From Lama glama (Eukaryota): a stretch of DNA of 60,000 bases. Below the pieces are notes generated by a model that was not told the DNA's origin, did no database searches, and saw only the letters and a program-made list of their open reading frames with translations. Of this stretch, positions 36,351 to 50,934 are shown one piece after another. The stretch lies in contig CM052818.1 of NCBI GenBank assembly GCA_028534125.1, positions 23,500,001 through 23,560,000 of the forward strand. The letters are read 5' to 3'. The translations under genes and the position numbers were made by a program. Each line of letters starts with the position of its first letter. Positions within the stretch are counted from its first letter, which is position 1.

Positions 36351-39300
36351 ATTTACTTAAAGCTGAGCTTTCGATACTTGTGAAATTTCTCCTAAATCCT
36401 GATCATCCTGCAGTACCATAAGCTTGAATAAAAGAATCGGGGCTTCTGCCGTTTTGTTGTGGACTAAGGTCTGGCTCTGTGTTTTTAAAATTGAACATGA
36501 CTTTTACTGGTTATTCTTTGGACATAAGCAATGTATGCCTTTTGCTGGAAAATTAGAAATTGCTACTAACAAAAAGTAAAAATACGTATTCTCCCCACCA
36601 GGAGATAACCATGGTTAACTCCTTGGTTGCACGTTCTTCTATTATTCATGTTCTGAATTTCGTCTAATGATTTGTTCTTCATTGGTTATAAAATCTTTAC
36701 AACTTACTAATAATATATCCATAGAATAGTAAGGGTAAAGACTGTTTTCTTTTCTATTATGAGTAAGACATTTTCTTTCTGTTAAATCTTTGAGTGGCAC
36801 AAAGCCTAGACTGTGGTTTACCAGTGGGATTTAGCTCAGTATTTTTAATGACCAAAAGGTAAAATAGGGACACAAAAATGAAATGTAGGAACATTAGAAA
36901 CTCTATAGGAAAAAAGAAAATCAGTGGTGGTTGGGAGTTCTTTGCTTCATTGGCTTAACTCTTAATGCTATTCCATTTTAATAAGCCAGTGATAATGGAC
37001 ATAATCTATGTTCTTTCTCCAGCCCAAGTCCCCATCCTGAATTCTTCGTGAAGTATGGGATTTTTTCTTTTTACCAAAAGAAAAAAAATGATAATAAAAA
37101 GGCTTGCCCAACCTCAAGACATTTACAATTCACTCATTTGCCAGGGAATTTAAAGGAGGTGGTAAGAGTAAAAGATTGGTTTGTGTTACCTTAAATTTTA
37201 GGACTCCTGGAAAGGCTGCGTGAGTTGCAGATGAATTCTGCTCACAGATTTTAAAGACATCTATGGGCTGTGCCCCGGTGCCTAGTACCATTTCTATTGG
37301 AAAAAAACCAGAAAACAAAATAGATCAAATAAATCAAATGACCTGTAGGTAGAAAAGGGCTTGTACTTCCATTCTCATCTACTATTTTACTTCACTTTTG
37401 AATTTCATAAATTTTTCAATAAATCACCATTATTCTTCAGAGTGGGCTGTCTTTAATGAAATAGAAATCTAAGGTAGAGTGAAAAATGACAGGAGTGGAG
37501 GGCACAAAGGAAATAGAGTTTTCCAGATAAAATACAGAGTGATGTCTAAGAACGATAACTTCTTCAGTGGCAATTTTAATATTCCAGTTTAATCTAGGAC
37601 TATTTTTCATGGAGTCAGAATAAAGAGGCCACATATAATGCCTTGATGCAACTCGGTTTATTTTTAAAATTTATATGAAACAATTTGGAATTCTGTTAGT
37701 TTTGTGTCTTTTAAAAAATCTATTAGATTGAGAAAGATCGAATAGTTAAGTAACCTGTTAAATGACCTTTAGTCACCTAAATCACAGATAATTGAATATC
37801 CCTTCCTTTTTAAAGATCTTTAGTGCTTGCTCACTCCACAGTCTTTATACTTTTATATGCTGATATAAGAAGGAGTAACTTTTGCAGAGGATTTGGCGCT
37901 GAAAGTCAGAGAGAGTTATCTGAACACTTATTTCTAGACTCCTGTTTAGTTTCATTATAACTGTACTGCAGGGAGGCACAGCCAGTAGAGATGAACAACT
38001 ATTCTGCATAATATGGACCAAGCCTCTTCATTATGGTATTAAAGGGGGTTTGACTTAGATGCTCAGATATCTGCATTTAGAATCTCAGCATCAAAACCCT
38101 TTAAAGTCTCTGCACTTCCTTAATTACTGCATGCCCCAAAATACCCTTTCCTGTTTTTAGCAATATTTACTAGAGAGAGAGATTAAAAAAATAATTTGTA
38201 TTTGATATTCCGGGCTCTGGTGTGGATGAAAAATGCATTTGCCATTTAAGTCATTTGGAGAACAAGGGTAGACACATTTGATGAACAGAAGAGACCCCAA
38301 ATTTACTTTTATATTTTCTCAGCCTTACTTATCTGACAGAATGTAGCTGAGATCTATTGTTCTGAGGACTGCTCTACCTCTGAGATCTTATGATGCAATG
38401 CTCATGCACGAAAGGTGCCTGTCCTGTAAGTGTCAGGGCACCAGCAAAGCCTGCGGCAGTGTGGAAATCCTCTCTCGGCCTGTCAGTCATTGGCGTGCTT
38501 TGTTGCTGTTGTTGTTGTTGTCAGTTTTGAAAATGGTTCTGCAAAAACAAACCTGCAAACTGGGACGCAGGGGGAAAAAGGGATGGAAAGTCGAGTAAGT
38601 GACAGCTGAGAGAGGCTTAATTTTTTTCTTCTCTGCCAAGGAAGAATTACAGCCCTTGTCCCTTGGAATAGTGTGAACAAGGGATTCCTGCCCATTTGCA
38701 ATTCACATTTTAAGCAGAGCATATAAAATTCCCAGACCCATGAATACCGAGGTTCTGATTGTCTCCAATGATCAAATGTGCCACAGGCTATCAGAAACAT
38801 CCAAATGGACTGCAGTTTAAAATCCTTCCTTTATCCAACTCCTTTGACCCCTGCTTGCACGGCTTCGGTAGAGGGTGTGATGTTGCAGTGGTGTCATGTG
38901 TAATTGTGATGACATCCTCAGACACTGATAACTTTGTCTTTGGGTTAGAGCATAGTTACTGGATCTGAAATCAGTTTTGCATGTAAGTGTTACAATTTGG
39001 CTATCGTGTGTGGATATTTACTTTAGAAGTATTAATTTGAGATGTTTGACATTCAATCAGGCAAAGGATGTCCTGGGAAGCCTGCCATATTCTGGTGGCG
39101 ATCTTAGTTACTTCCCATAATCTCTCTGAACAATGAGTACAGTGAGTCCTGCTCTGTCGCTGTTTATTGGACATTTGTCATGTTTGTGTTGACCCGTCGT
39201 CTTTTGTTTAGTCTTTCTATATTTGGGAAAATCCCCAAGTTGCGAGGATACTCTTGCTATGATAGAAGTCAAAACTAAAATTCCCAGCAGTCTCCCTCGT

Positions 39301-39439
39301 ATCTAGGATACAACTGGGCTTCACAAGTCAAATGCACCAGGGAAACCTATGCTTCAGTTCTGAGTAATGGGAAGAAACAGTTTGGTGCTCAGTTGGGTTC
39401 AGCTGGTGGGGAGGCAGTTGAAGCATTGTTGTTGGAGAG

Positions 39440-39553
39440 AAAAAAACCAAAACACTACTTATTAAAAATACATGTAAATTATAAATGCACCTTGATTTTA
39501 AAAGTTCAAAATATGAAAAAAAAGTTAGCATTTTAGAATAAAGGAAATACAGT
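39440..39553. mobile_element. MER104/Kanga-like Tc2 fragment
   Basis: ends cattttagaataaaggaaatacagt. Confidence 0.4.
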
Positions 39554-39791
39554 CGTTTGCACTGTACTGGAATTTGTTGAATGGTTTTGATCCTTCTCTG
39601 GGACTGGTTCTGGTCTTAAAAAGAAGCCTGCCAACTCCAATCAGTTTTTAGTGGAATAGGTCATGAGGTGACTATTAAGGAGGGACTTCTCACCCGAGCC
39701 TTTAGTTTCTCTCTCAATTGTGTTGAATTAAGTTATGCATTCCTTTATTTGTCCAAAAATTTTGAGCTTAAAAGGCAAAGATACTAGATTA

Positions 39792-40146
39792 GTAACTTAG
39801 TTTGGGCTGCTGTAATAGAATACCGGGTAGCTTTATAAACAATAAAAATCTATTTCTATCAGTTTTGGAGCCTGGAAGTTCAGCCTCAAGGTCCTGGCAG
39901 ATTTGATGTCTGATAAGGGCTGGATTCCTGACTTCATAAATGACCAACTTCTCCCTGTGTCCACACGGCAGAGGGAAGGAGCGAGGGAACGCTCTGGGGT
40001 CTCTTCCTGAAGAACACCAATCCTAGTCATGAGGGCTCTGCCTTCATGATCTAACCACCTCCCAAAGGCTCCATCTCCAAATACCATCACATTGAAGACA
40101 AGGTTTCAACATGTGAATTTTGGGAGGAGATATTCAGTCTGTAGCA
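39792..40146 (-). mobile_element. MLT1A-like MaLR LTR
   Basis: ttagtttgggctgctgtaa...ctggaagttca...cacctcccaaaggc...tttcaacatgtgaattttggg...gtagca. Confidence 0.9.
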
Positions 40147-40149
40147 GTT

Positions 40150-40900
40150 AGCAGTGTCTTACTTGGAGACCTATGTTCCTTACATGCTTTCATTTATCTC
40201 AAGAAAACCCCCTCCTTTTAGACTTTTTCCAAGGGAAAAATCCAAATGTTTAATCTGTTCTTATATATAAAGTATTCCATTCTTTGATGAGTTTAGTCAG
40301 TAATATTCTGCATCCTGCTAGATGCCTGATGGAAGTAAACACCAGAATCCTGTTATTTGAGATGTTAAGGACAGCAAGTGTTCACATATCCTACATGCAT
40401 GCTAAGAGATGTAATTCTCTTGGGAAAAAAAATCCTAATGGTAAAAGTTTGAGATAAAGTTAAGCTTTCTTCTTCATGATCAGATCAAATAATCTTTAAA
40501 ATAAATTATTTAACCAAAATCTATGTAGGATGGCCCATTACTTTTAGATCGGTTTCTATGACTAAATGAGGGTATCAGGAAGGAGCGAATCATGATATCT
40601 CCCAACTGGGTGACTGGGTGGTTTCACAGTTGAGATCAGCAAGGAGCATCTAGTTAGAAATTTTACCCAAATGCACTTCTGTAAAATTTGCACAGAAGGG
40701 CCTTTGGAACAAGAATTATTATGGAAGGGACAGTCATTTCCCAGGTAAGTCAGAATTCCAGTCTCTCCTTCTAGATGGTTAACCTTGTCACTTGAATCAT
40801 CCTGCAACAACCTAGAGGAAAAAACTTGATTTCTCAGGAATGATTGCAAGGATATCTCTGCCTTGTTGATGGTATGCGCAGGTAGATGCAAACAATAATG
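40150..40900 (-). mobile_element. L3/CR1 LINE fragment
   Basis: Reverse CR1-like sequence; ORF 40562..40906 has QDD...KVNHLE resembling the CR1 RT ADD...VNTLE region. Confidence 0.45.
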
Positions 40901-43059
40901 GTCCACACATAAAGACTTTGTTCTTTAGTTGCTGCACGTTTTACACATGTATAATTACCTCTTAATTAGCCCTAAGGGAGAGAGAGATGTTTAGGTATTG
41001 CTTAGATTAAAATGGTTTTTGTTTTTTCAGTATAATAATAATATAGCCATTGTATCCATGGTTTTTATATAGTATAGAATTAGAGTGGTTACTCACTGAT
41101 TTGGAATTTTTAAAATATCTACAGGGAAAGTGAAACACTAACTGACCAGTACAAGCTTTTTCACACACACATGGACTGCCTCAAGTAGAAGTGAATGAAA
41201 TTGATAACAATGTTCAGGTTACTGGCCTCCTGGTTATAATTTAGTTTATTTGAATGAACATTTATTGAATAACTACTATATGTCAGGCCCAGTGCTGGTA
41301 TAATAATGAATGACACATGGCATCTGCCCTTAAGGTCCTCACAGTCTTGTGTCTCGGAGACTCAGATGGATAAAAAGGAAAATACTTTGATTAGAAATTT
41401 GGATGAAAAATACTTTGATTAGAAATGTGTATTAGCAGAGGGTTTTAAATATTTCTTAGGTCAGAATCTTCATAGTAAATTCAATAATGTAATATACACT
41501 TAGCTACTGTTCACTATTCTTAAATGCCCACAAATTACATATAAGGTGCTGTTCAAAGAAGCTATCCGATAGAAGTGAAATGCGTTATAGAGTCAGCTGT
41601 GCTTCTTACAACTAAATATTATCCTTTCTTTCAAACGCAAATTTAAAAGTTTATCATAATACCAACCTACGTTAATTAGTGATTTATAGTATCTCGTTTG
41701 ACTTTTATAATCCTGCGAAATAAAGTTTATTAGCCAGAGGTTTTAGTTGCAAACCACAGAATTTATCCTGGATACTGTACCAGAACCACAGATGTATAGA
41801 ACAGTATTAGAGAGAATCAGACTCAAGGCTATGTATGTTAGAACAACACCCAACGCTTATCTGTGGAACTGGCACAGTGAAGAGACAACCTTTGTTCCAC
41901 TGTCCCAATGTGGATAAAGTGCCAGGAACTCAAGTTTACTGCCACTATTACAGTCATCAGCACCCATTCAACTTTTATGTTGGGAATTCAACTTACAACC
42001 AAATTCACTGATGTGTTTCACAATCACTGGTGGCATATCATTGTAGAAGTAACACAAGTATACATCCTATTGACATTCTTCCTTTTGACTCAACCACTTG
42101 CTCCACCATCTACATTCTTGGCAACTCTGAGTTCTCCAATCAGTAGTCATCACTCCCAGATCGGGAGCTTTTACAGGGGAAGGGGCGTTATAATTGGCTG
42201 TTGGGAATATGCTGGCTGTTTTGGGGCCTGTTAACTTGTGGGAGAGCTGGTCCTAGGAAAAGAGCTGGGAGAGCCAGAGCTGTGTGAAGGACTGACACTT
42301 TTGTAGAGTAGGGTCTGCAAGCTGCTGGGTAAGAAGAGAGGAAAGGGAGTTGGAGGGACATCAAAAGGAAATTTTCTTAAGACTCTTGTTCTATAAACTC
42401 TTTAAAGACCTGACTGAAAAGAATTCAAATATGTATGTGTTTCCATGATTATTTTTGAATAGAATAGAATCAGTGAAATGATTTTGAATAGCTCTGCATG
42501 GTACAAGACATTTACCAAGGGAAGAAAAAAAGCGTGTGACTTTGTGCAAAGGAGAATTTGGGCGTTAAAATCATACCCCTCCAAAGCATACCACCCTTAA
42601 AAATTCTAAGAAGACAAGAAAAATATCAAATGTGTCTGTCATGAGCATATTTTTAGACAGATAAAATTTATGGTAAAAGTTTATATATAGCTGTTTGCAT
42701 GCACTGGGGCTTATATAATCATTTGGAAATTTGTACTTATATGTGTATAATTTATACTTTGGGGGAAATTTAAACTACTTAACACTAATTTAAATGTTCC
42801 TTTTTCTAGCTTTGACTTAATAATATATTTTGGTCATAACTATAATTTATTTGATGTTGGTCCTGGGTCAGGGATACAATCCCTCCCTCCTTTACAGTGT
42901 TGTCCATATGGAGAAATGTGGCCCATCCGTGATGACTTAGTTTCTGGCAATTTCTAAAAGAATACTGTGATTAAAAATTACAAGTAGAATATTTGTGTAG
43001 TTCATTTTTAGCTTCCTGTAAGGGTGTCAGCCACATACCAGGTGACAAGTTCAATAAAT

Positions 43060-43345
43060 GTTTTAAGGTATATTAAGCAAAAAAAAAAGTTTATAAGCAG
43101 CATGTATATTTACATGTGTGCAAAATGGAGGGGGATAAATACATATTAGTATTTGGTTTTTGTGTATATAAATTTTTTTTGGAAAGACACACAGACACCA
43201 TAATGACAGTTACCCTGTTGGAAGGGACTGGTAGACAGAGGGCCAGGCTGAGAGAGCAGCTGTCACTGTGGACATTTTCATATTTTTTTGATTTTTGGAC
43301 TTTGTGACTATATTATTTGTTCAGAATTAATTAAAGTAAAATAAA
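43060..43345 (+). mobile_element. Old L1 (L1ME/MC) 3' end
   Basis: tatattaagcaaaaaaaaaagtt...tggaaagacacacag...acagttacc. Confidence 0.6.
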
Positions 43346-45340
43346 AACAATTAGGACTTTTTATGTTTTAAAAATGAATTATTACACTTATGAAATCTTT
43401 TTTCTTATGAACAACATAGCTGTATTTTCTTCTTTTTGATCCTCTTTCTTTTTCATATTGTTCTTTTCACCCAAGGCATTCTAAATAACATCTCCAACAT
43501 CCTCCAGCATCTGGAACATAAATTACAAATAAATTTTACTGTAATTACTTTTTTGGTTGGCACTTCACTTGAAAACTATAAATTTGGGGATACTACCCAT
43601 ATGTCCAATTTTATAGTCTATAAATTTGATGGCTTTTTCAGAAACTAGAGCATTAATGGCCCAGAAAGGAAAAAAAATATTGAAAAGATTAAGAACTACA
43701 TAAAAAAGGAATAACTAAGTACATGAGCCTCAAATGTAGACCTCAAGTTTTTATAAATGTTAGACTTCTGGGAAGCCTTCTGAGTTGCTGGTTGGGAGAC
43801 AGAGAAGATATGTCTGTGAAAATCATGAAGGCTTCTCAGGGTCCATATTGAAAACCACAGAACTGTATAATCTAAAGGTTCTTTCCAGCTCTCCCAGTCA
43901 TTCCCCTGCAAGACAGACGTAGAGAAGAAATAACACAGAATTCGAGGTGAGTCCATTTAGAGCAAGTTGAAATAACTTGGAGTTTATTGGTATGGCTGTA
44001 CTACATCAGTACATACTTTGACCTGCTCAGTTCTAACAAGAAAAATGGTATTAAATACAGCGAGGGCTAACTGTATAAACATAAGGAAAAAGCTCTTGGT
44101 GATAAAAGTGTTAATTAACAAGACAAATCTTCAACCCTGTAAATCTTTCAAAACAAAATCAAAAGTTCCCTAGGTGATTCAGGCATTTGCAGGATAAAAT
44201 GTTCTTTTGGAATGTTACTTTGTTATGTAAATAATTCAATACTTAGGCAAGATTACTTGTTTAAAGTTTTATATTTTTACATTGTGTTCCCTAATGGTAC
44301 ATTTTTTGGTAGATTTTGTTTAAAGCATCAACATTTTAATCACTATAGCTTTTCTTTTGGTGGCTATAGGAATGACTTATTTTATGTTTATTTTTAATGC
44401 AAATGAGAATGAATTTACAAAATTAGAAATCAATACATTTTAATTTGCATTACGTTTCATAATTTCCCTTGTAATCACCTCATTCTTTCACAGTATTGTA
44501 TGTTTGTAAAGTATTTACTTGCCCTGATACTTTTATGACCCCTAACATATTGCCAGTATTCAGGGTAAAAATTAATCTTGTAAATTAATCAGCCCTAAAA
44601 TTCTCAGATTTTTTCAAAAAGGCATAAAGTATATACTAGAATATGCTTTCTTAACTAACAATATCTTTAGCTTAAAATGGTTAAACAATCCAGATTGGCC
44701 AGAAATTGATTTTAGATTTGGGGGAAATTTTATTTCTCTAATCCATTGGTAATACAATTGGCTTCTATCTTAAACTACCCAGATGAGTATTGAATATTAA
44801 CACAATTTAACTACCGGAAATCTGTTGCATTAGTGTGCTGACCCATATTTTGAAGTCTGAATATAATTTCACAGGCCCTCAATAACAGATTATTTTGCTG
44901 TATTGTTCTTTGGAATTCTCAGCTAGTTATAAGAATATTATTGTCCTTGAAGTAAGTTAATGATCAGAAATTTCCTAAGCCAGAGAGGATACTGAGGTAT
45001 TAGCTTTCAGCCAGGCATTTAGCTTGAATGATTATAATATCATCAAGTCATCCTAGGCAAACACACACTAAGTTTTAAGATCTCCCATGAGGAGATGCCA
45101 CAACTTGTTCAGACATTTGTTTCAGTGTTTATCAGCCTTCACTATGAAATGTATTCCACTTAAATATCTTAAGTTACATTTCAGGATTAGATTTCTTATA
45201 TAGTGAAGTAAAGGAAGAGAACGAGTCATCTGCATTATATCCCCCAGCTTTTTTTGGAAAAATTTTAAGACTAAAGAAATTGGATACATATCCTTCATTA
45301 AATTGTAAACATTTACCACATTGGGCCCTTCCATCCCATC

Positions 45341-45420
45341 CATGTATGTATGTATGTGTGTGTGTATATATGTATGTATCTGTCTATCTAGTCTATCTAT
45401 TCATCTCTGTCTGTATCTCA
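45341..45420. repeat. Compound (TATG)n(TG)n(TCTA)n microsatellite
   Basis: Directly visible. Confidence 0.9.
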
Positions 45421-45990
45421 TTCTAAGTTGCAACCATCACTGCGCTTCACCCTTAACCACATCTGCTTGTAAATCCTAAGAATAAGAATGTTCTCCTACA
45501 TAACTACAATGCCAGTCTCACACCTAAAACTAACATTCAGTAACATTACCTTGTGTGCTATTCATGTTCAACTGGGGAAATGTCTTTTAAAGGTACTTTT
45601 AAAAATTCAAAATGCGATCATCAAAGTTCTTGTATTACATTTGGTTGTTATGTCATTTTAGTCTCTCAGTCCAAAATACTCTGCTGGCCTGTTTCTTGTT
45701 TGTTTTTAATGACATTATCTTTTTTTTTGAAGAACGTAAACCTATTGTCTCGTAGAATGTCCTGCGTTCTGAATCCAAAGAAAGTTTCCTCCTGATCAGT
45801 AGTCTGGCATTTAATATGTAATCTGTGGGATGATGTGAGAGACTGTGTGAATATCTTGTTACCCGCAAACCTTTCACTTAATGGTTTTGGATTCTAATGA
45901 TGATCCTTGTCTTTTTCAATTATGGTGAAAGAAATGGTATTTTTCTGCTTGAGTTCTAACTACATTTATCAGCTATACTTCTGTGTGCAC
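45421..45990 (-). mobile_element. L1MC4/5-like 3' fragment
   Basis: taagttgcaa...cctaagaataag...ttctcctacataac...tacatttggttgttatgtc. Confidence 0.7.
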
Positions 45991-46399
45991 ATCATTACTA
46001 TAGTTGAAGTTAAAGATAAAAATCAACCATTTCCCTCAGGGGGAATAACTCATCAGAGTGGTCAACTTAAGTTGATTGGCACAGTGGGTCAGTATGTGCT
46101 GCTGAAGAAGTCAAGGCCATGGCTTCAGTGACCATATGGGACCAATTACTAGGGCTCTGTTTCAAGGCCATGGGTATGATTTTCCTCTGCCAACTCAGGA
46201 ATGTGTGCCAGAACCCACCTGAGAAACGGGGCATGTAATACGGCTAGATCTGTGCAAATCATTCTAACTCAAAACACAAATTCTACTAATGGCATATCAT
46301 CTTTTTACATGAAAGATGACAATTATTACTATAAAAAGTCTATTTTTTTCAATTTCTTTCTTTAGGTTCTATTTTACAAATATTTAAAGATTTTTGTGA

Positions 46400-49120
46400 C
46401 TTGCTTTTCTATTTCTGGCAGGGATTAAGGACTAGCTACCGTGAATAATACTTCTGCTGAAAATGATGTAAACTATATTCTTAAAAAGATTTGAAGATTC
46501 AAAAATTGCCTGTTGCCAGAAAATCTGTTCTCATAAAACCTCTAAAATCTAAAGACTATTTTCAAGAAAAAGCAAAAAATGATCACAGAAATAAAAGAAA
46601 AAAATGTTGAACAATTCAAACAAACATTCAATAAAATGATGACAATAGTGTCTAATAGTATGTTAATTGGGAAAGGAGGTGATCAATACTAATGTGTTTT
46701 AAAGTCCTTTTATTGTTCAATTGTATTTTAATGCTAGACTTTGTTAAGTTAAGCAAGCATGTTAAAATGCCAAGGGTAATCAATAGAAAGAGTATATCAA
46801 TTCCAAGTCAATATGTGAGAAAAAATTACATTAAAGAAAAAAAGACACCAAAAGCTCAATAAAAAGTCAAGAAGACAGGAAAAAGGTAAGGGGACAAGTG
46901 AGACAAATAAAAAATAAAAAATATCATAGGAAGAAGTTCAAATATATCAATAATTATAATAAGTGTAAATGGACTTAACTCACCAGTTGAATGACAGAGA
47001 TTGCAAATCAATAAATCATTCAGATAACTGTTACTTATAAAAGACACATCTAAAGCATACGGACACATAAAGATTGAAAGCAAAAGGGTGGAGAAAGCTT
47101 TATCAGGCAATTACTAATGAAGGAATCTGATGTGGCTGTAATAGTACCAGAGGAAAAAAAAAGAGATTTTAAAGAAAAAAAGTATAATGTATACAGAAAG
47201 TCACAATGCAATGAGAAAAGTTTGGTTTCATTAGGAAAATATGACAATTCTAAATAAGTGTGCAACTAAGTAAGTAGCCTCAAAATATATGTGAACTGAC
47301 AAACTCCCCACCATCATAGTGAGGAATTCCATACCTCTGTGCATTATTGAAGGAAAACAGACATAAAATAAGCAAACTTTTTATAAGATTAGAACAGACA
47401 AGTGCAAAGTTAATTTAATGGACTTCTACAGAATTCTGTATCCAACATTAGAAAATACACATGCTTCTCAAACTTTTATAGATGGAGCACTTATAAAAAT
47501 TGATTATAATTATAATAAGGTAATGGAGCAAGTTTCCATCAAATTTCAAAGTTATTGTTCTGCCCAAAATCTCGGACCACAATGTAATTAAGTCAGAGCT
47601 GAAAAATAAAAGGCTAAATAAAAATTTTCTTAATATCTGTGAGTTAAAATAAATTTCTAAATTACTCAAAAATCAAGGAAAATCATAATGATCATAATGG
47701 ATATTAAGGATAAATAGTAAGAACTGAAAGAAAATAAAAATGCTTCCTATAAAACATGGAAGGCAATACAAGTAATATTTTGAGAAAAATTTTAGCTTTA
47801 AATATTTATATTAGAGAAAAATAAGTGTTGAAAATTAATGAGCTAAGGATATGACTTAAGATATTAAAAGGATGAAAACAATCTAAAGAGGAAATAATGG
47901 AGACAACAGCAAAAAAATTAATGAACTAGAAAACAAAGACACAGTAGAGATAATAAGCAAGGAACTGAATTAAAAACAAGAAAAACATTTGGCAAAACTG
48001 AGAAAGGAGAAAAAAAGGAGAGAAGGCAGAAATAAATAGCATACTAAAATATTTTTAAAATAAATTAAAGGAATAGAATTGGAGAGGAAGAAATAATAAT
48101 AATTGTACATTGATTAAAATTTTCAGTTAAAAAGCAACTATTTCAGATTATATAAAAAGTCAAGATACAGGATTTTTTTTACAAGATATACACCCAAAAC
48201 ATAAGGGCATGAAATGTTGGAAGTAAAAGGTTGACAAAGTCATACAGGAGGCTAATGCTAACAAAAAGAGTGACAAAGAAGCTATATTAATACTGTACCA
48301 AGTAAACTTTAAGATATAATGTTCAAATAATGTACTACAGAGACATAAAAAATTACTACATAATAAAGTGTCAAGTCACTAGCAAGTTGTAATAGTTCAA
48401 AACTTCTATGAACTTAAAGACACAAACATACATGACAAAACTACAAGTAGAATCTGTCAAATCCACTATCACTGTGGAATATTTTAACACATATCTTTCA
48501 ATAATTGACAGACTGAATACGTTGATAAGCCCTCTTTGGAAAACCACTGATGTGATCTTGTAAATTTAAAGACCTGTGCTAACCTCATGACCCAGAGCTT
48601 TCACTTCTAGGCATGTGCCTGAGAGAAACTCTTGCACATGTGAACCAAGAATGTTTGTATCTGCAATGTTTGTAACTGCAAACATTTTAAGCAATTCAAT
48701 TGTTCAACTGAATGGGCAGTTGCTGTATTCACATAGTAAAACAAAATGCAGAACTGATAATGAATTTCAGCTATATGAGTCAACCTGTATGAATAATAAT
48801 TTTAAAGTAAACAGACAATTTGCAGAATTACTACACCATTTGTATAAAGTTCAAATAATGCAAACTAAATACTACATTGTCATGCTACAACCATATGTGA
48901 TAAAACCACAAAGTATGGGATTAATAAACTCAAAATTCTTGGGAGCAAGGCTGCAGGGCTCACAGCAACTGGGAGATCACATGAAAGCATGCAGGAACAT
49001 CAAATGACTGGCCATGTTTTATTTTTTAAGCTAGGGGCAGGTAGCAGCCTGAGTATTCCTGTGTATCCTGCCTACAAGTATTCTTTTGCACTTATTCAAT
49101 AATCTGTGTAAATAATATGA
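46400..49120 (+). mobile_element. Degenerate old L1 fragments (two endonuclease-region copies plus a 3' end)
   Basis: A-rich; atatcaataattataataagtgtaaatggacttaactcaccag (start of the EN domain) at ~46943; EN-like sequence recurs at ~48100-48520; 3' part catgacccag...ttctagg. Confidence 0.8.
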
Positions 49121-50422
49121 TTTAGAATAATGTAAATAAGATTGAACAAAGAGAAGTAGGACTTGCAGAGTTCTTATGATTTTGTTTGGGGAGGGTCTAG
49201 AAGTTACTGAGTAAAAAAGCAGATATACTAAGAAGATAATTTTTCTTTTTCCAAATGTAGGCCAGATTTAGAAAATGTTTAAGGAAAAACACTAAAATAT
49301 CCGTGAGCCTCTGCATCATCTCCAAATTCTTTATGTCCTTTTATTTTGCAGTAAAAATTAGACCTGCCGTTATGGGTTTACCAGTACTAAATATATGTAT
49401 TAATAATTCTATTTTTTCTTTCCTAATCTCACATTTCTTTCTTTCTTGTGTCATCCTGATCTTTGCAAATTATGCCCCTTAACAAATTTAGTAATCAGCC
49501 GTTGACCTCCTCACCCCACCCACACCCCCCAACTTGAGGGAATGGGGTGTGATGATTCAGCCAGTGCTTCCTCTGGGGCTGGGAAAACACTCTTATTTGT
49601 GGAAACACTCAGGTGCCCAGAACAGATGGAAGTTATATCCTGTAATAGTCCAAGCAGTGAGTCTCAACTGGGATAGCTGATAAAAGGTTGGGTGGAAAAT
49701 TTGGCCTGAGACATGGAGTCAAAAAAGGGTGATATGTAAGTGTGTGGGGTGTGGGGGGCTGCAGAGGAACTGAGGTGCCCAGAAAGCTCAGAGTAAGAAG
49801 TAGTAAAACAAGGAAGTGGGAACTAACTCAGACAAATTTGGGGAACAAAGGCAAGTGGGATAAGTTTTAATGAGTTCCCTGTACTGTTCAGTGGGTGTGA
49901 GCTGGCTTCCTTCAACAAGAGTCAGGAAAGGATGCTCTGTCTTCCGATTTCATCTTTTAAAAAAAATATCTGTTTTAGGTAATTCCATCAAAGTCACTTG
50001 TTTCTTTTATTTATTGATTTAGATACACATAGTTTCTCATGCTTAATTCTTAATAGGACATTAAGCTTCATCAACAAAAGTGTCACTATTCAGAGGGTGG
50101 TCAGTGCTATGTAGATGGGTAATTTTGGCAGGCTGTAAATAAAATCCTCATCATCTGTGATCTTGTGAAGAGGAGAAAAATTAATTTAGTTTCAAAGGAA
50201 CATTTTAATCATAAAGCAGTTAGTAAAATGTTACATTTGAATTAAAGAACAAAGACATTAGTTTGATTATTTTGGGATTGCCTGATAGTGGTCATTTCAG
50301 TTCCAGTCCCTATGTTGCTAATGTTTTCTCAATCACATGCTTATTGATTTCCAACGCTCAAGCCAAGAATAGATAATAAAACAGGCCACCTTTTAAAATG
50401 AGTAAATAAGATAAAGTAGACA

Positions 50423-50934
50423 TGTTACTGAGTCCAAACTTGCTCTGCTTGCTGTATGACAGGCCAGTGAATCGGGAGATGAGGTGTTGGGGCAAGGAAT
50501 AATGGCTTTGTCCAGAGAGCCAGCAGACTGAGAAGATGGCAGTTCTTCCTGGAGCACATTCTCACCCAAGTCAGAATTCAGGCTCCTTTTATACTAAAAA
50601 GGGGAGGAGGTGTGGTTGATTGTTGCAAACTTCTTGGTGTTGGAATCCTTTTTCTGGTGTGTGTATAGGTCAGTTAATGATTTTCCTGTAAACCTCTAAC
50701 AAGACAAAGTTTATTTTCTGTTTTGCAAATTTTTATCTCTATCTGAATGGAAAAGTGTTACGCAGTTAAAGGTTAGAGCCTTGAGAATGGGCTAGCCTGT
50801 ACGTTTCAAGCTATAAGCAACATTCTTTTACAAAAGATGCAGAACCAGCATGACTCAGCACAGGAAACAGAGCACAGGGTTAGAGCTAAAGCAACAGATC
50901 TAATATGGAGTCAGATTTGTTATTCCCTATTACA
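50423..50934 (-). mobile_element. ERV1-class solo LTR
   Basis: TGTTACTGA...atggagtcagatttgttattccctatTACA; TG/CA termini; flanks only partly match as a TSD. Confidence 0.85.

Noticed and set aside
40548..40744. Exon-like segment ending in the strong donor CAG|GTAAGT
   Set aside because: Overlaps a probable antisense L3/CR1 remnant and is isolated from the exon chain
41379..41426. 20-bp direct repeat aaaatactttgattagaaat
   Set aside because: Isolated slippage-type duplication
48615..49007. 130-aa ORF
   Set aside because: Decayed L1 3' region
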